The position numbers and the translations under genes are program-made. 64,000 bases of DNA from Asterias rubens (Eukaryota): NCBI RefSeq assembly GCF_902459465.1, contig NC_047080.1, positions 11,160,001 to 11,224,000 of the forward strand. The letters run 5' to 3'. Below the pieces are notes generated by a model. It was given only the letters and a program-made list of their open reading frames with translations, was not told the origin of the DNA and did not search any database. Positions 62,400 through 64,000 of this stretch are shown here, piece after piece. Numbering within the stretch: the first letter of the stretch is position 1; the number at the start of each line of letters is the position of its first letter.

Positions 62400-62434
62400 G
62401 TAAGTAACCAACTCTAAGTTCAGAAATTGATATT

Positions 62435-63000
62435 TATCTTTTATTCATAAATACCTCAGACAGTTTTGCTATTCCTATTGGTGGAGAGCGTGTCACGTGG
62501 GTGTGTATAAACCTTTGTTTGTGACCGGTAAAAAGTGTTAATTCATGGGCGTGACACGCGACCTTGCACCTGTTCTTATAAGACAGTTTCTTCATTTCTA
62601 TTGGTCGAGAGAACAGCTTAAACAGTTGTGCCACATCACCCGATACGCGCGACGCCCACAGCATTCCCTTAAAAGGAGTTGTTTACCAAAGGGCGGCGGA
62701 GGGCTTTACCATTTCATAGCTGGAGGGGTGTTGTGTTGAAAGAAATCATTTAACAATTAAAATGTTTGCATTTATTTTACTTTTTGACCAAAAAGTGATG
62801 ATGTTTTTGACCGAAAAGGTATTTATGAATGGGAATTAAAGTGTGTTGAATCGGTTTTCAACTAGTGGTTTAAACCCGCCGAGGCCTGGTTCTTGATATT
62901 ATTTACCTCGACTTCATCTCGGTAAAATTATCAAGAACCAGGCCTCATTGGGATTAAACCACAAGTTGAAAACCTCTTCACCACACATTGATTCCCTTAG
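62435..63000. mobile_element. Hairpin-containing non-autonomous element, possibly Crypton-type
   Basis: 45-bp inverted arms 62853-62897 and 62930-62974 (5 mismatches) around atttacctcgacttcatctcggtaaaat; IR pair attcataaatacc (62443) / ggtatttatgaat (62817); DR pair attccctta (62663 and 62991). The superfamily call is inference. Confidence 0.5.
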
Positions 63001-63169
63001 TCAAATAAAATAAGCTGTTGAAATTTATAACCAAAAGGATATGGGATTTAAGGCATTGCATGTTGAGGTATCAATATATATTTGGTTGCACTGTGTGGTA
63101 ACACTGTGTGTGTGTCATAATCTACTTACTGGGTAGATTTAGTTCTTTTGAGAACTTGTCTTGCTTTAA

Positions 63170-63554
63170 AGGCAGTGGACACTATTGGTAATTGCTCAAA
63201 ATAATTATTAGCATAAAACCTTAATTGGTAACAAGTAATGGGGAGTTGTTGATAGCATGAAACATTGCGAAAAACAGCTCCCTCTGAAGAAACAAAGTCT
63301 TTGAGATAGAAGTAATTTTCCATGAATTTGATTTCAAGACCTCAGATTAAGAGTTTGAGGTCTATAAATCAAGCATCTGAAAGCACACAACTTTGTGTGA
63401 CAAGGTTGTTTTTTCTTTCACTATTATCTCGCAACTTCAACGACTGATTGAGCTCAAATTTTTACAAGTTTGTTATTTTATGCTTATGTTGAGATACACC
63501 AAGTGAGAAGACTGGTCTTAGACATTTACCAATACATTGTATTGGCCAATGTCT
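63170..63554. mobile_element. TTAA MITE family A copy
   Basis: ttaa|aggcagtggacac ... degenerate right TIR gccaatgtct|ttaa. Confidence 0.8.
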
Positions 63555-63667
63555 TTAAATTCTACTACCGCAGTGGAGAGATTTTTGGAATTCAAAAGAA
63601 CTGTCCTGCTCTTCAATTTATGCCTGAGCGGAAGGTAGGAAAAGGGCACAGACTACCACTGTTTTAA

Positions 63668-64000
63668 AGGCAGTGGACACTAATGGTAATTACTCAAAAT
63701 AATTATTAGCATAAAACGTTACTTGGTGACGAGTAATGGGGAGAGGTTGATGGCATAAAACATTGTGAGAAACGACTCCCTCTGAAGTGACATAGTTTTC
63801 GAGAAAGAAATAATTTTCCACGAATTTGATTTTGAGACCTCAGATTTAGAATTTGAGGTCTCGAAATCAACCTTCTAAATGCACACAACTTCGTGTGACA
63901 AGGGTGTTTTTTCTTTCATTATTATCACGCAACTTCGACGAACAATTGAGCTCAAATTTTCACAGGTTTGTTACTTTATGCATATGTTAAGAAACTCTAA
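63668..64000. mobile_element. TTAA MITE family A copy, cut by the window end
   Basis: ttaa|aggcagtggacactaatggtaattactc... with the standard interior. Confidence 0.8.

Noticed and set aside
22435-63888. Recurrent ORFs [12 protein letters not shown].. and MVDFETS.. (22435, 22466, 37366, 53473, 53487, 63126, 63706)
   Set aside because: All lie inside copies of the TTAA MITE; they have no transposase similarity and variable frameshifts.

Overview
AT-rich, intron-containing animal genomic DNA, probably an echinoderm such as a sea star (inferred from gene and repeat content, not proven). I reconstructed eight protein-coding genes by hand using GT-AG splice sites with consistent phases. (1, 2) Two tandem, two-exon orphan secreted-protein genes on + (7660-8361, 109 aa; 9852-11564, 428 aa). 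They share a C-x-H-(x2)-C-x4-EL[KR]x|xLLx[IL][VI] motif split by a phase-0 intron at the same position, and the second carries about 30 copies of a Ser/His/acidic decamer (EDGHSESSSS). (3) NELF-E on - (13075-17751, 8 coding exons). (4) A 60-aa single-TM microprotein head-to-head with NELF-E (18118-18300). (5) NCS1/frequenin on + (19425-38855, 7 exons, 190 aa). (6) AK8 on - (42690-49350, 10 exons, 483 aa). (7) EDF1/MBF1 on + (51094-54921, 6 exons, 146 aa). (8) The 5' part of a TTF1-like Myb gene with a 2.5-kb Lys/acidic exon (57540-62399, runs off the window). The human orthologues lie on 9q34 (NCS1, AK8, TTF1, EDF1) and in MHC class III on 6p21 (NELFE), which suggests a proto-MHC fragment. Introns and intergenic DNA are full of non-autonomous transposons: TTAA/Kolobok-type MITEs, a 132-bp GG..CC MITE with 8-bp TSDs found only in first introns, a P-like MITE plus a 19-bp P-like remnant, a Crypton-like hairpin element and tRNA-derived SINEs. 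NCS1 intron 3 holds a minimal type-I hammerhead-ribozyme motif of the Penelope kind. There are no true tRNA, rRNA or CRISPR features. The most novel candidate is the orphan secreted pair, which includes a putative mineral- or metal-binding phosphoprotein.
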